DNA from: Candidatus Multivoradales bacterium
GTDB lineage: Bacteria > Acidobacteriota > Thermoanaerobaculia > Multivoradales > JAHEKO01
Assembly (NCBI GenBank): GCA_965223855.1
Contig: CBDCXM010000002.1
Location: 225,879-289,878 of the forward strand
Reading direction: 5' to 3'
DNA: 64,000 nucleotides
Under the pieces are notes generated by a model. That model made no database searches. It was not told the DNA's origin and worked only from the letters and a program-made list of their open reading frames with translations. Both the position numbers and the translations under genes were made by a program. The first letter of the stretch is position 1. Every line of letters starts with the position of its first letter. Positions 9,555 to 19,599 of this stretch are shown here, piece after piece.

Positions 9555-10928
9555 TCAGCGCAGCGCCTCGACCTCGATGTCGGTCAGTACGACCTCGGAG
9601 ATCGGTCGGAAGTCTTCGATCGCCCCGGGGACGATCCGATCGACGCTGAACGGGCCTTCGCCGTCGATCCCCAGGTTTGCGGCGTCGAAGAAGAGAATGC
9701 CTCCGACCTCGCGATAGTTCGACAGCCGACGGAACCGCAGCCCGCCGCGCTCGGCGTCGGTGCCGAAGCTGTACGCGTACTGCTCCAGACGGCCGGTCTC
9801 GGGATCGAACCAGTAGGCGTACTCGTCGGAGGCGTCAGTGCTGCTGCCGGGGGCGAAGGTCACCTTGACCCGCCGTAGCGACCGGCCCTCCCAGCTCTCC
9901 AGCCCCTGATCGTCCGTCGTCACCGAGGGTGCCTCGAGGCCGTAGGGGAGAAACGGGAAGTAGACACGGGCGTTGACGAAGTCCCGGGCGCGCGACGCTC
10001 CTTCGTCGTCGAGTTCCACGGCGACGCCGTCGACCGACCGCGAGACCGTGTCGTTGGTGAGTCGGGTGATGCGCTCCGATTCGTCGCGCCGCTCGCGCAC
10101 GGTGTAATCGAAACTGCCGCCGTCACGGATGACCTCGAGGTCGAAGCCGCCGGACTTGGAGGTGACGGTCAGCCGGCTTCGGCTCGCCTCGTAGCGGGCT
10201 CCGCCGTGGCGCTCGATCGCCGCCGCGACGACGTCGGCGGCGCTGTCGCCGGGCGCCGAGCCTACTGCGTCCTCGGTCTCGGCGCCGGTCTCGCCCGCCG
10301 ACTCGCCGACCGGGGCGTAGCTATCCCCGTAGCTGCGCTCGACGACCGAGGAGTCGCCGTCCGAACGGAAGGTGACGAGGAACAGCCGGTCGTACTCGTC
10401 CTCCTCGATGCGGATCGGGTCGAAGGCGCCGCCGCCGAGTCGCCCGATCATCCGCGGCACGGTGTTGCTGTGGCCGACGACCAGCACGGTGCCGCCGGCG
10501 TGCTGCTCGAGGATCCAGGACAGGAGGTCGGCGGCGCTCGACATCGCCGGATCGAGGAAGAAGGTCACGCTTCGGATCGGGGGGTCGCACCCCTCGAGGT
10601 CGGCGCTGCTGCTGCCGGACGCCTGGACCGCGATCGGCACACCGATCGCCTGGGCGGTCGGCTCCGCGGTCTGGGCGGTGCGGCACAGATCGGTGGAGTA
10701 GACCGCCTCGACACCCCACTCCAGAGCGATGTCCCGCAGTGCCGCGGCGCGCTCGAGCCCTCGCTCGGTCAGGTCGGGGTTGCCGGCGTCGCTCTGCTTC
10801 TCGGCGTGTCGGGCGAAGAGGAAGAGCGTCTCTTCCGCACCGGCCGAAGGAAGGGAGCAGGCGAGGAGGGCGAGGGCGAGGACCGGGCCCCGGCGGAGGC
10901 GACGTGGGTCGAGCAGGCGGATCTTCAT
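9555..10928 (-). CDS. Secreted histidine-phosphatase domain fused to a DUF6503-like beta-rich domain
   Basis: Signal peptide; RHAE..LTERG..RTAQTA..VVGHSNTVP; second domain AAIERHGG..YFPFLPYGL..DEYAYWFDPETGRL. Confidence 0.7.
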   Translation of the reverse strand: MKIRLLDPRRLRRGPVLALALLACSLPSAGAEETLFLFARHAEKQSDAGNPDLTERGLERAAALRDIALEWGVEAVYSTDLCRTAQTAEPTAQAIGVPIAVQASGSSSADLEGCDPPIRSVTFFLDPAMSSAADLLSWILEQHAGGTVLVVGHSNTVPRMIGRLGGGAFDPIRIEEDEYDRLFLVTFRSDGDSSVVERSYGDSYAPVGESAGETGAETEDAVGSAPGDSAADVVAAAIERHGGARYEASRSRLTVTSKSGGFDLEVIRDGGSFDYTVRERRDESERITRLTNDTVSRSVDGVAVELDDEGASRARDFVNARVYFPFLPYGLEAPSVTTDDQGLESWEGRSLRRVKVTFAPGSSTDASDEYAYWFDPETGRLEQYAYSFGTDAERGGLRFRRLSNYREVGGILFFDAANLGIDGEGPFSVDRIVPGAIEDFRPISEVVLTDIEVEALR

Positions 10929-11007
10929 GAGTCGATGTTAGCCCGCAGCTGTCGCCGCCGCCGCCGCTGGCGTCCCGGCGCGCCGTCTGCGAAAGTGACG
11001 CCTCGCC

Positions 11008-11970
11008 ATGACCGAGGAGACCAGCCGACCCGCTCGCCGACCGGGAGCCGTCGTCCTCGCGGCGGCGGCGTTCGGCCTCTTCCTCGTCTGGAGCAACAGC
11101 TTCGTGGCGGTGGAGTACCTGCTGGAACCGCCGGCGGAGCGGTTCGACTGGCTGTCGCTGACGGTGGCGCGCTTCGTGCCGGCGGCGCTGGTGTGCGGTC
11201 TCTACCTCGGCTGGCGCCGCCGCCGGGAGGCGTGGCAGGTGGCGAGCGGTCACCCGCTCCGCCTGCTCGCCTGCGCCGCCCTCGCGGTGCCGCTCTACAA
11301 TTTCGCGCTCGGCTTCGGTCAGGAGCACGGAGTGCCCGCACCGATCGCTTCGCTGACGACCACGCTCGCTCCGCTCTTCATCCTCGTCCTCGCGACCGTC
11401 TTCCTCGGGGAGCGGCCCTCGCGCCGGATGCTCGCCGGCTTCGCGCTGGCGCTGGCAGGCATGGTCGTGCTGGCGGTGGCGCGATCGACCGAGGGCGCTA
11501 CCGGCTACGTCGCCGCGCTGGTCACCGCCGCCGGAGCGCCGCTCTCGTGGGCGTGCTTTTCGGTCCTCAGCAAGCCGCTGACCGAGCGGGTTTCACCGGT
11601 GGTGTGGAGTTACCTCGCCACGGCGCTCGGAGGAGTGATGGTGCTGCCGCTCCTTCCCGGCGCGGTTTGGGAGCAGTGGAGCCGGCTCGACGCTTCCGGC
11701 TGGGGGGCCCTGCTCTATCTCAGCCTCCCGTGCACCGTGCTCGGATTCGCGCTCTGGACCTGGCTGCTGCGCTACCTGCCGGCGTTCGTCGTCGGATTGC
11801 TGGTCTTCCTCAACCCGCCGCTGACGACGATCTCGAAGAAGGTCCTCGCCGCGTTGTGGCCGGCGACGTTCGACTTCTCGATCCTGCCGGGCGAATGGTG
11901 GGGAGGTGCGGTGGTGCTCGTCGGCCTGGCGGTGGCGCTCATCCGTCGGCCGGGCGCTCGACGTGCATGA
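11008..11970 (+). CDS. DMT/EamA family transporter
   Basis: About 10 TM, WSNSFVA, TTTLAPLF..FLGER, FLNPPLT. Confidence 0.88.
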   Translation: MTEETSRPARRPGAVVLAAAAFGLFLVWSNSFVAVEYLLEPPAERFDWLSLTVARFVPAALVCGLYLGWRRRREAWQVASGHPLRLLACAALAVPLYNFALGFGQEHGVPAPIASLTTTLAPLFILVLATVFLGERPSRRMLAGFALALAGMVVLAVARSTEGATGYVAALVTAAGAPLSWACFSVLSKPLTERVSPVVWSYLATALGGVMVLPLLPGAVWEQWSRLDASGWGALLYLSLPCTVLGFALWTWLLRYLPAFVVGLLVFLNPPLTTISKKVLAALWPATFDFSILPGEWWGGAVVLVGLAVALIRRPGARRA

Positions 11971-12442
11971 ACTGCAGCGCCAGCAGGGAGACGAGGCAGT
12001 AGGCGGTGAAGTAGTAGAAGCCCGGTTCGGCGACGGCGTCGAGCATGTCGGTCGCCTTGGCGGCGAGGTAGGCGACGTAGACTCCGACGACGAAGACGTC
12101 GGCCATCGACCACTTGCTGATCGAGCGGACGAAGCGGAACAGCCGGAAGCGCCGGGCGGCGTCGCGCAGCGCGAAGCAGACGAGCAGCAGCACCCCCTTG
12201 GCGACCGGCACGATGACGCTGAAGAGCAGAATCAGACCGGCGACGAAATCATTGCCGGACTCGTGGAGGTTACGGACTGTCTGAAGGATGCTGCGGGTCT
12301 CGCGGAACAGCTCCCGGGTGTTGCCCATGAAGTCGATCGATGCGGTGATGGTGAGGAGCGGCTGCGTGAGGCCGGGGACGAGCAGGCCGAACGACACGAG
12401 GATCAGTGCGATGGCGACGAAGTTGCGAGTACGGGCTGACAT
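11939..12442 (-). CDS. Paraquat-inducible protein A family membrane protein
   Basis: SILQTVRNL..LILLFSVIVPVAK..ISKWSMADVFVV..GFYYFTAY; ATG 12442 supported by TAGAAT 7 nt upstream. Confidence 0.82.
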   Translation of the reverse strand: MSARTRNFVAIALILVSFGLLVPGLTQPLLTITASIDFMGNTRELFRETRSILQTVRNLHESGNDFVAGLILLFSVIVPVAKGVLLLVCFALRDAARRFRLFRFVRSISKWSMADVFVVGVYVAYLAAKATDMLDAVAEPGFYYFTAYCLVSLLALQFMHVERPADG

Positions 12443-13841
12443 ACGGCGGATTCTACGCACGCTGGTGTGGATGGTTGCGGTAGGGGCCTCCGCTGCGGGC
12501 GCCACGGAGTTCGCTCCCGGTGAGCTGGTCGAGGAAGTCGTCTCGGTCGTCGATCCCGAGCACAGCTATGCTCTCTACCTGCCTTCGAACTTCAGCTCGG
12601 ATCGCTCGTGGCCCATCCTCTACCTCTTCGAAGCGCGGCGCCGCGGGGCCGAGTTCGCCCGCCGCCACCAGCAGGCTGCCGAGCGGCTCGGCTGGATCCT
12701 CGCGAGCTCCAACAACTCGGAGAGCGACGGCGACTTCGAGCCCAACCGGCGGGCGATGATCGCGATGTGGGAGGACACCCACAGCCGCTTTCCGATCGAT
12801 CCGCGCCGTCGCTATGCCGGTGGGTTCTCCGGCGGCGCCCGTGTGGCGGCGATCCTCGCGTTCACCCGCAAGGGAGAGGTCGCCGGTGTGCTCGGCTGGG
12901 GAGCGGGGCTTCCGCTGCAGTTCCGACCGGTCGAGAGCCGCCCGCCGTTCCACTTCTTCGGCGGCGTCGGTGACGCCGACTTCAACTACTCCGAGCTCGA
13001 CGAGCTGGCGACTCAGCTCGAAGCCGTCGGAGCGAAGCATCATGTCGCGGTGTTCGACGGCGCCCACGTCTGGCCTCCGATCGAGGTGGCGACGCAGGCG
13101 ATGACGTGGATGGAGATGCAGGCGATGCGTCAGGGGCTGCGCGACAACGACGCCGGTCTGGTGGCCGAAGTCGTGGCGGCCGCGACCGCACGGGCGGCCT
13201 CTCTCGAGGACGCCGGCGATCTGCTGGCGGCCGCGACCGAGCTTCGCTCGCTGGCCGAGCTGGTGGCGGGCTTTCACGACACACTACCGATCGAGGAGTC
13301 GATCGCCCGGCTCGAGGGGAGCGACTCCTGGGGTGCTCTCGAAGAGCGCAGGGAGGAAGCGCTCGCCTGGGAGAGCCGGACCTTCGAGCGCATCAAGCAG
13401 GCGTTCAACGCTACGGCGAAGGACGCACCGGTGCGCCTCGACCTCTCGGAGGTGCTCCAGATCGTCGACGTGGATGGGCTGCGACGGCTGAGCGAGACCG
13501 GTGAGCCGCGGGAGAAGGCGCTGGCCGCCCGGCGGATGCTCTCCCGCCTCGCGGGCCAGACCGCCTTCATGCTGCCGCAACTCATGACTCGGCAGGGGGA
13601 TCACGAGCGGGCCCTTCTGATGCTGGAGGTGGGCGTGCGGGTCGTGCCCGACTCCGCTCGGACCTGGGCCGAGCTGGGGCGGACGGCACTGCGCACCGGC
13701 GATTCGCATCGCGCGATGGACGCCCTCGAAAAGGCGCTCGACCTCGGCTGGGAGGGCCGCTCGGAGCTCGAGTTGGACCCGCTGTGGGAGCCGATCCGGG
13801 GCACCGCCCGCTTCGCTGCGCTGCTGGCCGGCGGCGGCTGA
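12411..13841 (+). CDS. Alpha/beta hydrolase (esterase-like) with C-terminal TPR repeats; start uncertain (12411, 12423 or 12471)
   Basis: YALYLPS, GGFSGGAR nucleophile elbow, FDGAHVWP, TPR-like C-terminus; signal-like N-terminus. Confidence 0.72.
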   Translation: MATKLRVRADIRRILRTLVWMVAVGASAAGATEFAPGELVEEVVSVVDPEHSYALYLPSNFSSDRSWPILYLFEARRRGAEFARRHQQAAERLGWILASSNNSESDGDFEPNRRAMIAMWEDTHSRFPIDPRRRYAGGFSGGARVAAILAFTRKGEVAGVLGWGAGLPLQFRPVESRPPFHFFGGVGDADFNYSELDELATQLEAVGAKHHVAVFDGAHVWPPIEVATQAMTWMEMQAMRQGLRDNDAGLVAEVVAAATARAASLEDAGDLLAAATELRSLAELVAGFHDTLPIEESIARLEGSDSWGALEERREEALAWESRTFERIKQAFNATAKDAPVRLDLSEVLQIVDVDGLRRLSETGEPREKALAARRMLSRLAGQTAFMLPQLMTRQGDHERALLMLEVGVRVVPDSARTWAELGRTALRTGDSHRAMDALEKALDLGWEGRSELELDPLWEPIRGTARFAALLAGGG

Positions 13842-13973
13842 TTCGGCCGCCGTCGCGGCGGAGGGATGGCGCTCGTCGTCCCCCGACTCGCCGGCGGCCG
13901 CCGGTGGCGTAGTCTTGCCCCCGGGCTCCGGCGGCGAGCGGCCGCAGGAGCGACCGGAAGAGGAGACCGAGGG

Positions 13974-15964
13974 ATGTCGAAGAGAGCCACGCCCGACGCG
14001 GTGCAGCCCGAGACCGCGGGAGCCGACGAGTTCGCCGAAGAGCCGCTCGACCTGGCGTCGATCTTTCTCGGCCCGAAGGGCGAGAACGCCGACTACTTCG
14101 AGCGACTGCTTCTCGAGGCGCTGCGCGATCACGTCTTCTGGCGTCGCAACTTCCACCCCGAGGACGGTTTCCTCGTCGGCGACCGCGGGAAGCGTAGCGA
14201 CGCCTATCAGCGCAGCCTCGCCGTGCTCTCGGAGGAGCTGCTGAACCTGCTCGGTGAGCTCAAGGCGGGCGTTCCGTTCTTCAGCCCGCGCTACATCGGC
14301 CACATGAACTCCGACCTGACGATGGCGAGTCTCATCGGCTACTTCGCGACGATGCTCTACAACCCGAACAACGTCGCAGCCGAGGCCTCGCCGGTGACGA
14401 CCCGCATGGAGCTCGAGGTCGGCCGGCAGCTCGCCGAGATGATCGGCTATCCGGTGGAGACCCACTGGGGCCACCTGACGTCGGGCGGCACCGTGGCCAA
14501 CTTCGAGGCGTTGTGGGCGGCTCGCAACGTCAAGTACCTCCCCGTCGCCCTGCGCGGGGCGGCGCGCTCGCTCGGACTCGACGATCTCGAGGTGGCGCTG
14601 CCGACGGGAGAGAGAGCGCGGCTGATCGACCTCGACCTGTGGCAGCTCCTCAATGTCGAGACAGGAGCGACCCTCGATCTGGCGGCCGACCTCGATGCGG
14701 CCGCCGGATCTCAGGAGGCGGCGGCCGAGGCGGTCGCCGAACACTCTCTCGCTCGCCTCGGCTACCAGGAGTATGCGCGTCGGCTGACGGCCGCTTTCGG
14801 CAATGCGCTCCCCGACAGCGTCGTCCTCGTGCCGTCGACGGCGCACTACTCGTGGGAGAAGATCTGCCAGTCGTTGGGGATCGGCTCTCACCAGCTCGTC
14901 CACGTCCCCGTCGACCGGCAGTTCCGCATGGATGCCGGGGCGCTGGAAGAGACCTGTCACCGTCTCGCCCGGACCCACCACAGCGTGATCGCCTGTGTCG
15001 CGGTGCTCGGCACGACCGAGGAGAGCGCGGTCGATCGGGTGGACCTGATCGCCGATGTGCGACGGCGCCTCGCCCGGGAGCACGGACTCGCCTTTCACCT
15101 CCACACCGACGGCGCCTGGGGCGGCTACGCGATCTCGGTCACCCGCGACCGTTCCGGTGCACGGCGCGAGCATGCCGCGGCGCTGGCGGACGCGCGGCCT
15201 CACGTCTGGCCGCGCGAAGGGGTCTACCGCGCGCTGTGTGCCGTCGAGCGCACCGACTCGACGACCATCGACCCGCACAAGCTGGGCTTCGTCCCCTATC
15301 CGGCGGGGGCGATCGTCTTCCGTGACCGGCGGGTGCGGGATCTCCTCGCGGTCGACGCCCCCTATCTGTTTCACCGCGGTGCTTCGGAGTGGGGGTACAT
15401 CGGCCGCTTCATCTTCGAGGGTTCGAAGCCGGAGCGGCGGCCGCCGGGGTCTGGATGTCGCACAAGGTGCTGCCGCTCGACGAGCGCGGCTACGGTCGAC
15501 TGATCAGCGAGACGTCGCGCGGCGCCCTGGCGCTGTGGCAGCACCTGCGCGAGCGCGACTTCGGGGCGTTCCGGCTCGTCCTGTTGCCGGAGCCCGACCT
15601 CAACATCGTCTGCTTCGCCGTCGCCCATCCCAAGCTGCAGTCGCTCGAAGCGGCCAACGCCTTCGTCGATCGCCTCTACGCCGCCATGAGCATCCAGCCC
15701 GAAAACGACAGCCGCCGCCTCGACTACTTCGTCACCAAGACGGTGCTGCGCTGCGGCGAGTACGGCAGCTCGATCGATCCGCTGGCCGAGGCGCTCGGCT
15801 TCGATGCGGCCGAATGCCTCGCGGCGGGCGGAGTCAGCGTGATCCGGTGCACCCTCATGGACCCGTTCGTCGCTTCGCGTCGCGGAGAGGTGGACTACAT
15901 CGAAGGCTTCGCCACCAATCTCGAGACGATCCTCACCCGCGAGCTGGACGCCGTCGCGTCCTGA
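13974..15964 (+). CDS. Group II PLP-dependent amino-acid decarboxylase (tyrosine-decarboxylase-like); single-base frameshift near 15430
   Basis: PRYIGHM, YNPNNV, GHLTSGGTVAN, HTDGAWGG, DPHK; EGSKP/GAAAAGVWMSHK joins ORFs 13866..15503 and 15389..15964 if one base is restored. Confidence 0.82.
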
Positions 15965-16290
15965 CCGTGCCGGGGTGGCTGCCCAGCGGGTGGAGGTCGA
16001 GGTGATGGACTTCGCCGCGGCGACCGCTCGGGCTTGCGGCTCCTCGCGGCGAAGGGCTTCCGGGTAGGCCGACGTTCCGGAAGGTCGCTCCGGCAGGGGC
16101 GTCGCGACAGGGCCCGTTGCGGGTCGGTCGAGAGCAAGGATCGGCCGGACTTCGCCGCTCTTCTGCTTGGCGAACCTCCAGGAAGGGGCTCGGAGGCCGC
16201 CGAGCGCCTTGCCGCACTGGGAGGGGAAGTCTCGTAACTCGCCCTTTTTCAGAGGTTTGATCTTCTCCCCACAATCTTTTTCGCGAATCC

Positions 16291-16321
16291 TGTAACGAAA
16301 CGTCGCGTTTTTGCGCCTATA
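16291..16321 (+). promoter_or_regulatory. Possible ECF-sigma-type promoter
   Basis: TGTAAC-N17-CGCCTATA in an AT-rich patch upstream of the small ORF at 16341. Confidence 0.3.
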
Positions 16322-16340
16322 CGGGTGAAGGGCGCAGGTA

Positions 16341-16598
16341 GTGAGTCCACTCGACCAGGTTTCCCGGTTTGCGACTCCGTTCTCGGACGGTGGCGGGCCG
16401 TGGCTCGTGGCTGTCGTCGTGAGTCTGCTGCTCGTACCGGTCGTGGCGGCTCTCGCGGCGCTGTGGAAGCGCAAGCTGCTGGCTGCGGATCCGTTCCGCC
16501 GTCTGGCTGCTCCTGCAGGGCCGCTGACTTTCGCCGAACCGCCTGCCAGTCAGGCGACGAGGGCGGCCATCGGGAGGATCTCCGACCGGCGCGCCTGA
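16341..16598 (+). CDS. Putative small single-pass membrane protein (85 aa)
   Basis: Hydrophobic WLVAVVVSLLLVPVVAALAALW followed by KRK; flanked by a promoter-like AT patch and a terminator. Confidence 0.45.
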   Translation: MSPLDQVSRFATPFSDGGGPWLVAVVVSLLLVPVVAALAALWKRKLLAADPFRRLAAPAGPLTFAEPPASQATRAAIGRISDRRA

Positions 16599-16647
16599 AT
16601 CCCAGAACAGAACCGACTCGACCGCCGTCCCTCAGTCGAGTCGCTTC

Positions 16648-16696
16648 GGTGGGTTGGTCGGGTCCCGGCCCCGGGGCGACCAACCCACCCTTTTTT
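16648..16696 (+). terminator. Intrinsic terminator
   Basis: GGTGGGTTGGTCG/CGACCAACCCACC 13-bp stem followed by C and T6. Confidence 0.8.
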
Positions 16697-16938
16697 CTGG
16701 GAGAAGTCCAGCCCGCTCACTTTGGGAGGTTCCTGTTGCAAGGCCGAAGGCCCGCCCTCTCGGGCCGTCCTCGCTCCGTGGCGTCGGGTACCCACTCCTC
16801 CGAGGCTCGTTGCCGCGGTCGGCACGATCTGACGGGCACTCAGACCCTTCGCGACGAGACCGGGTGAAGTGTCCGGGCAGGAACGATTCCAACCGAACGC
16901 GCCATCCGGTACTCTCCCCGGGCGAACAAGGAGGCTCG

Positions 16939-17940
16939 ATGTCGGAAGAAAAGGTCTGGTACGCAGCAGTCGGAGGAGAACAGCAGGGGCCCTACACCCT
17001 GGACGAGCTCAAGAGCGCGGTCTCTGGCGGCTCGGTGCCCCGGGACGCTCATGTCTACGGTCCGGGGATGAGCGAGTGGGAGCCGATGTCCGGCCGACCC
17101 GAGTTCGGCGCCGTTGCGCCTCCGCCCGCCCCTCCGGGGCCGGTGGGCGCGCACGAGATCGACTACGAGGTCATCGGCGAGGAGATGCAGTTCGTGGAGA
17201 TCACGCTCGACCCCAACGAGGCTTGTGTGGCGGAAGCGGGCTCCTTCATGTACATGGATCCGGGCATCGAGATGCAGACGATCTTCGGCGACGGCTCCGG
17301 CAAGGACGAAGAGGGCGGACTGCTCGGCAAGATGCTCGGTGGAGCGAAGCGCGTCCTGACCGGCGAGTCGCTCTTCATGACGCTCTTCGGCAACACCGGC
17401 AGCGGGCGTCAGAAGGTCGCTTTCGCGGCGCCCTATCCCGGCGGCATCATCCCGGTCGACCTCAAGAAGCTCGGGGGAGCGCTGCTGTGCCAGAAGCAGG
17501 CCTTCCTGTGTGCCGCCAAGGGGATCTCGGTCGGTATCGCCTTGCAGCGCAAGCTGGGAGCGGGTCTCTTCGGCGGGGAGGGATTCATCCTCCAGAAGCT
17601 CGAAGGGGACGGGCTCGCTTTCCTGCATGCCGGGGGCACGGTCGTTTCGCGAGAGCTGGCCGCAGGTGAGGTTCTGCGCCTCGATACCGGCTGTCTGGTC
17701 GCGTTCGACGCCGGCGTCGACTACGACATCCAGAGTGTGCCGGGGATCAAGACGGCGCTCTTCGGCGGTGAGGGGCTGTTCTTCGCCCGCCTCACCGGCC
17801 CGGGCACGGTCTGGATCCAGTCGCTGCCCTTCAGCCGCCTCGCTTCGCGGGTCTACGCCGCCGCGCCGCAGACGGGCGGCAAGCGCACCGGTGAGGGTTC
17901 CGTGCTGGGTGGCCTCGGCGACGTGCTGATGGGGGACTGA
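16939..17940 (+). CDS. TIGR00266/AIM24 family protein with N-terminal GYF_2-like domain
   Basis: WYAAVGGEQQGPY..GMSEW; GEEMQFVEITL, LTGESLF, GLFGGEGFILQKL, WIQSLPFSRLA; SD AAGGAGG. Confidence 0.9.
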   Translation: MSEEKVWYAAVGGEQQGPYTLDELKSAVSGGSVPRDAHVYGPGMSEWEPMSGRPEFGAVAPPPAPPGPVGAHEIDYEVIGEEMQFVEITLDPNEACVAEAGSFMYMDPGIEMQTIFGDGSGKDEEGGLLGKMLGGAKRVLTGESLFMTLFGNTGSGRQKVAFAAPYPGGIIPVDLKKLGGALLCQKQAFLCAAKGISVGIALQRKLGAGLFGGEGFILQKLEGDGLAFLHAGGTVVSRELAAGEVLRLDTGCLVAFDAGVDYDIQSVPGIKTALFGGEGLFFARLTGPGTVWIQSLPFSRLASRVYAAAPQTGGKRTGEGSVLGGLGDVLMGD

Positions 17941-17944
17941 TCCG

Positions 17945-18469
17945 GTGACCTCGACAACCGGGCTTCGCCCCATTCCGTGGTCACTCGCCCGGTGCCTGGT
18001 CGGCGCCCTGTCGCTCGTCCTGCTGGTGGTGGGAGGAGCGGTCTCAGGACCTTCCGCCGATGCGGATGCCGGCTCCAGGAGCTGGACCGACATCGCATGG
18101 TTCGACGACTCCGACGGCTACCGCGCCGGCTCGCAGCAGGCCTCCGAGAGCGGCAAGGCGATGCTGGTCTACTTCTACACCGACTGGTGCGGCTACTGCC
18201 GACAGCTCAACAACACGCTGCTGAACACGGCCGAGGTGCAGACCGAGATGGAGGGTCTGGTCGCCGTTCGCATCAACCCGGACAACGGCGAAGAGGAACG
18301 CGCGATCGCCGCCAGTTACGGTGTGCGCGGGTATCCCTCTCTGATCGTCGAGACGGCGGCTGGAAGAAGGCCGCTACGCCGGACGGTCGGTGCCGAGGGC
18401 GGGGTCCGGCTGAAGACGCCGGAAGAGTTCGCGGCCACGTTGGCGGCCGTCCGCGAGAACGCGGGCTAG
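17945..18469 (+). CDS. Secreted thioredoxin-fold protein
   Basis: Signal-like N-terminus; FYTDWCGYC; YGVRGYP. Confidence 0.82.
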   Translation: MTSTTGLRPIPWSLARCLVGALSLVLLVVGGAVSGPSADADAGSRSWTDIAWFDDSDGYRAGSQQASESGKAMLVYFYTDWCGYCRQLNNTLLNTAEVQTEMEGLVAVRINPDNGEEERAIAASYGVRGYPSLIVETAAGRRPLRRTVGAEGGVRLKTPEEFAATLAAVRENAG

Positions 18470-19599
18470 CGTTCCCAGCCGGCAACCAGCGGAATCCGGA
18501 ACTCGCGGATACCGTCGGAGTCGACTTCGAGTGCGGGCAGGCTGGACTCCCGCCCGCCGGCGCCCTCGGAGCAGGGTCCGAGGAGCAGCCAGCGGTCGGG
18601 TGGCAGTTCAAAGATGTGCTCGATCGGGAAGGCGGCGTTCGCTCCGCGCGGCAACTTCGCTTCGCTGCGCCAGGTGCCGTCGTCGCTGCGGCGGCTGAGC
18701 ACTAACTCCGGGGTAGAGCGGTCGCGGTCGTCGAACCACAGCAGGGGGAAGCTCGACCAGGAGAGCGACAGCACGCTGTCGGTCCAGTAGTCGCGGCCCG
18801 CTTCCCACAGCGTCACCCCGCGACGCTCGGTCGGCCACGGAGCCCAGCGCTCGCGACGCCAGGTGCCCCCCGCGTCGGTGGAGGTGAAGATCCGCGAGTC
18901 GGCGGTGAGGTAGAGGGCCGAGCCCGCGCGCTGATGGAGTTGCGCCCCGGAAGTGCTCGGCAGGGCGGGGAGTGCCGACAACCAGTACTCCGGGGGCTCG
19001 TCGGCGCGGAAGCGGCCGGTACCGACGAGGATCGAGGAGCGCCCATCCCGATCGGGGCGGGCTGCCGGCGTGCCGACCGCCTGCACTCGAAGGTGTCCCT
19101 TCGGGTGCCAGACGCCGTCCTCGAGCCTCCAGGCGTCGACACTGACGACTTCGGCCACCTCCGTCGCGCGATGATTCGTCAGCCATGGTGCCCCCGATCG
19201 GTCCCGTGCGAAGTGGACCGAGCCGGCGGCCCCAACCTCGACCGCCGGGCCGAGTGGGCTCCAGCCGTCGCCCGTCCACGAGAGGGGCTGCAGGCAGGTC
19301 TCGCCGCAGCCGTGGGCGGCGAGGAACGGTCCGGGGCCCGTCGACCCTCCGACGCGAGACCCCTTGAGGGCGTCCGGATACAGGGTCGCACGAGGGGGAG
19401 AGGCCGCCACCCGCAACAGCCACCCGCCGAGCTCGTCGCCGTCGGTGTCCATGGCGAACAGGAACTCGCTCTCGTTCGAATCGGTCGCGAGGAGGGTGAG
19501 AACACCGGAGTCCTCGCAGACTCCGGCCGACGCCACCCGCGAAGGGGTGAGGCACAGGGCGAAGGAGAGAAGCGGCAGGAGGCGGCTCAGTCGGGCCAT
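18466..19599 (-). CDS. Secreted hypothetical protein, possible beta-propeller (Asp-box)
   Basis: Signal peptide; STDAGGTW and SDDGTW Asp-box-like motifs. Confidence 0.55.
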   Translation of the reverse strand: MARLSRLLPLLSFALCLTPSRVASAGVCEDSGVLTLLATDSNESEFLFAMDTDGDELGGWLLRVAASPPRATLYPDALKGSRVGGSTGPGPFLAAHGCGETCLQPLSWTGDGWSPLGPAVEVGAAGSVHFARDRSGAPWLTNHRATEVAEVVSVDAWRLEDGVWHPKGHLRVQAVGTPAARPDRDGRSSILVGTGRFRADEPPEYWLSALPALPSTSGAQLHQRAGSALYLTADSRIFTSTDAGGTWRRERWAPWPTERRGVTLWEAGRDYWTDSVLSLSWSSFPLLWFDDRDRSTPELVLSRRSDDGTWRSEAKLPRGANAAFPIEHIFELPPDRWLLLGPCSEGAGGRESSLPALEVDSDGIREFRIPLVAGWER

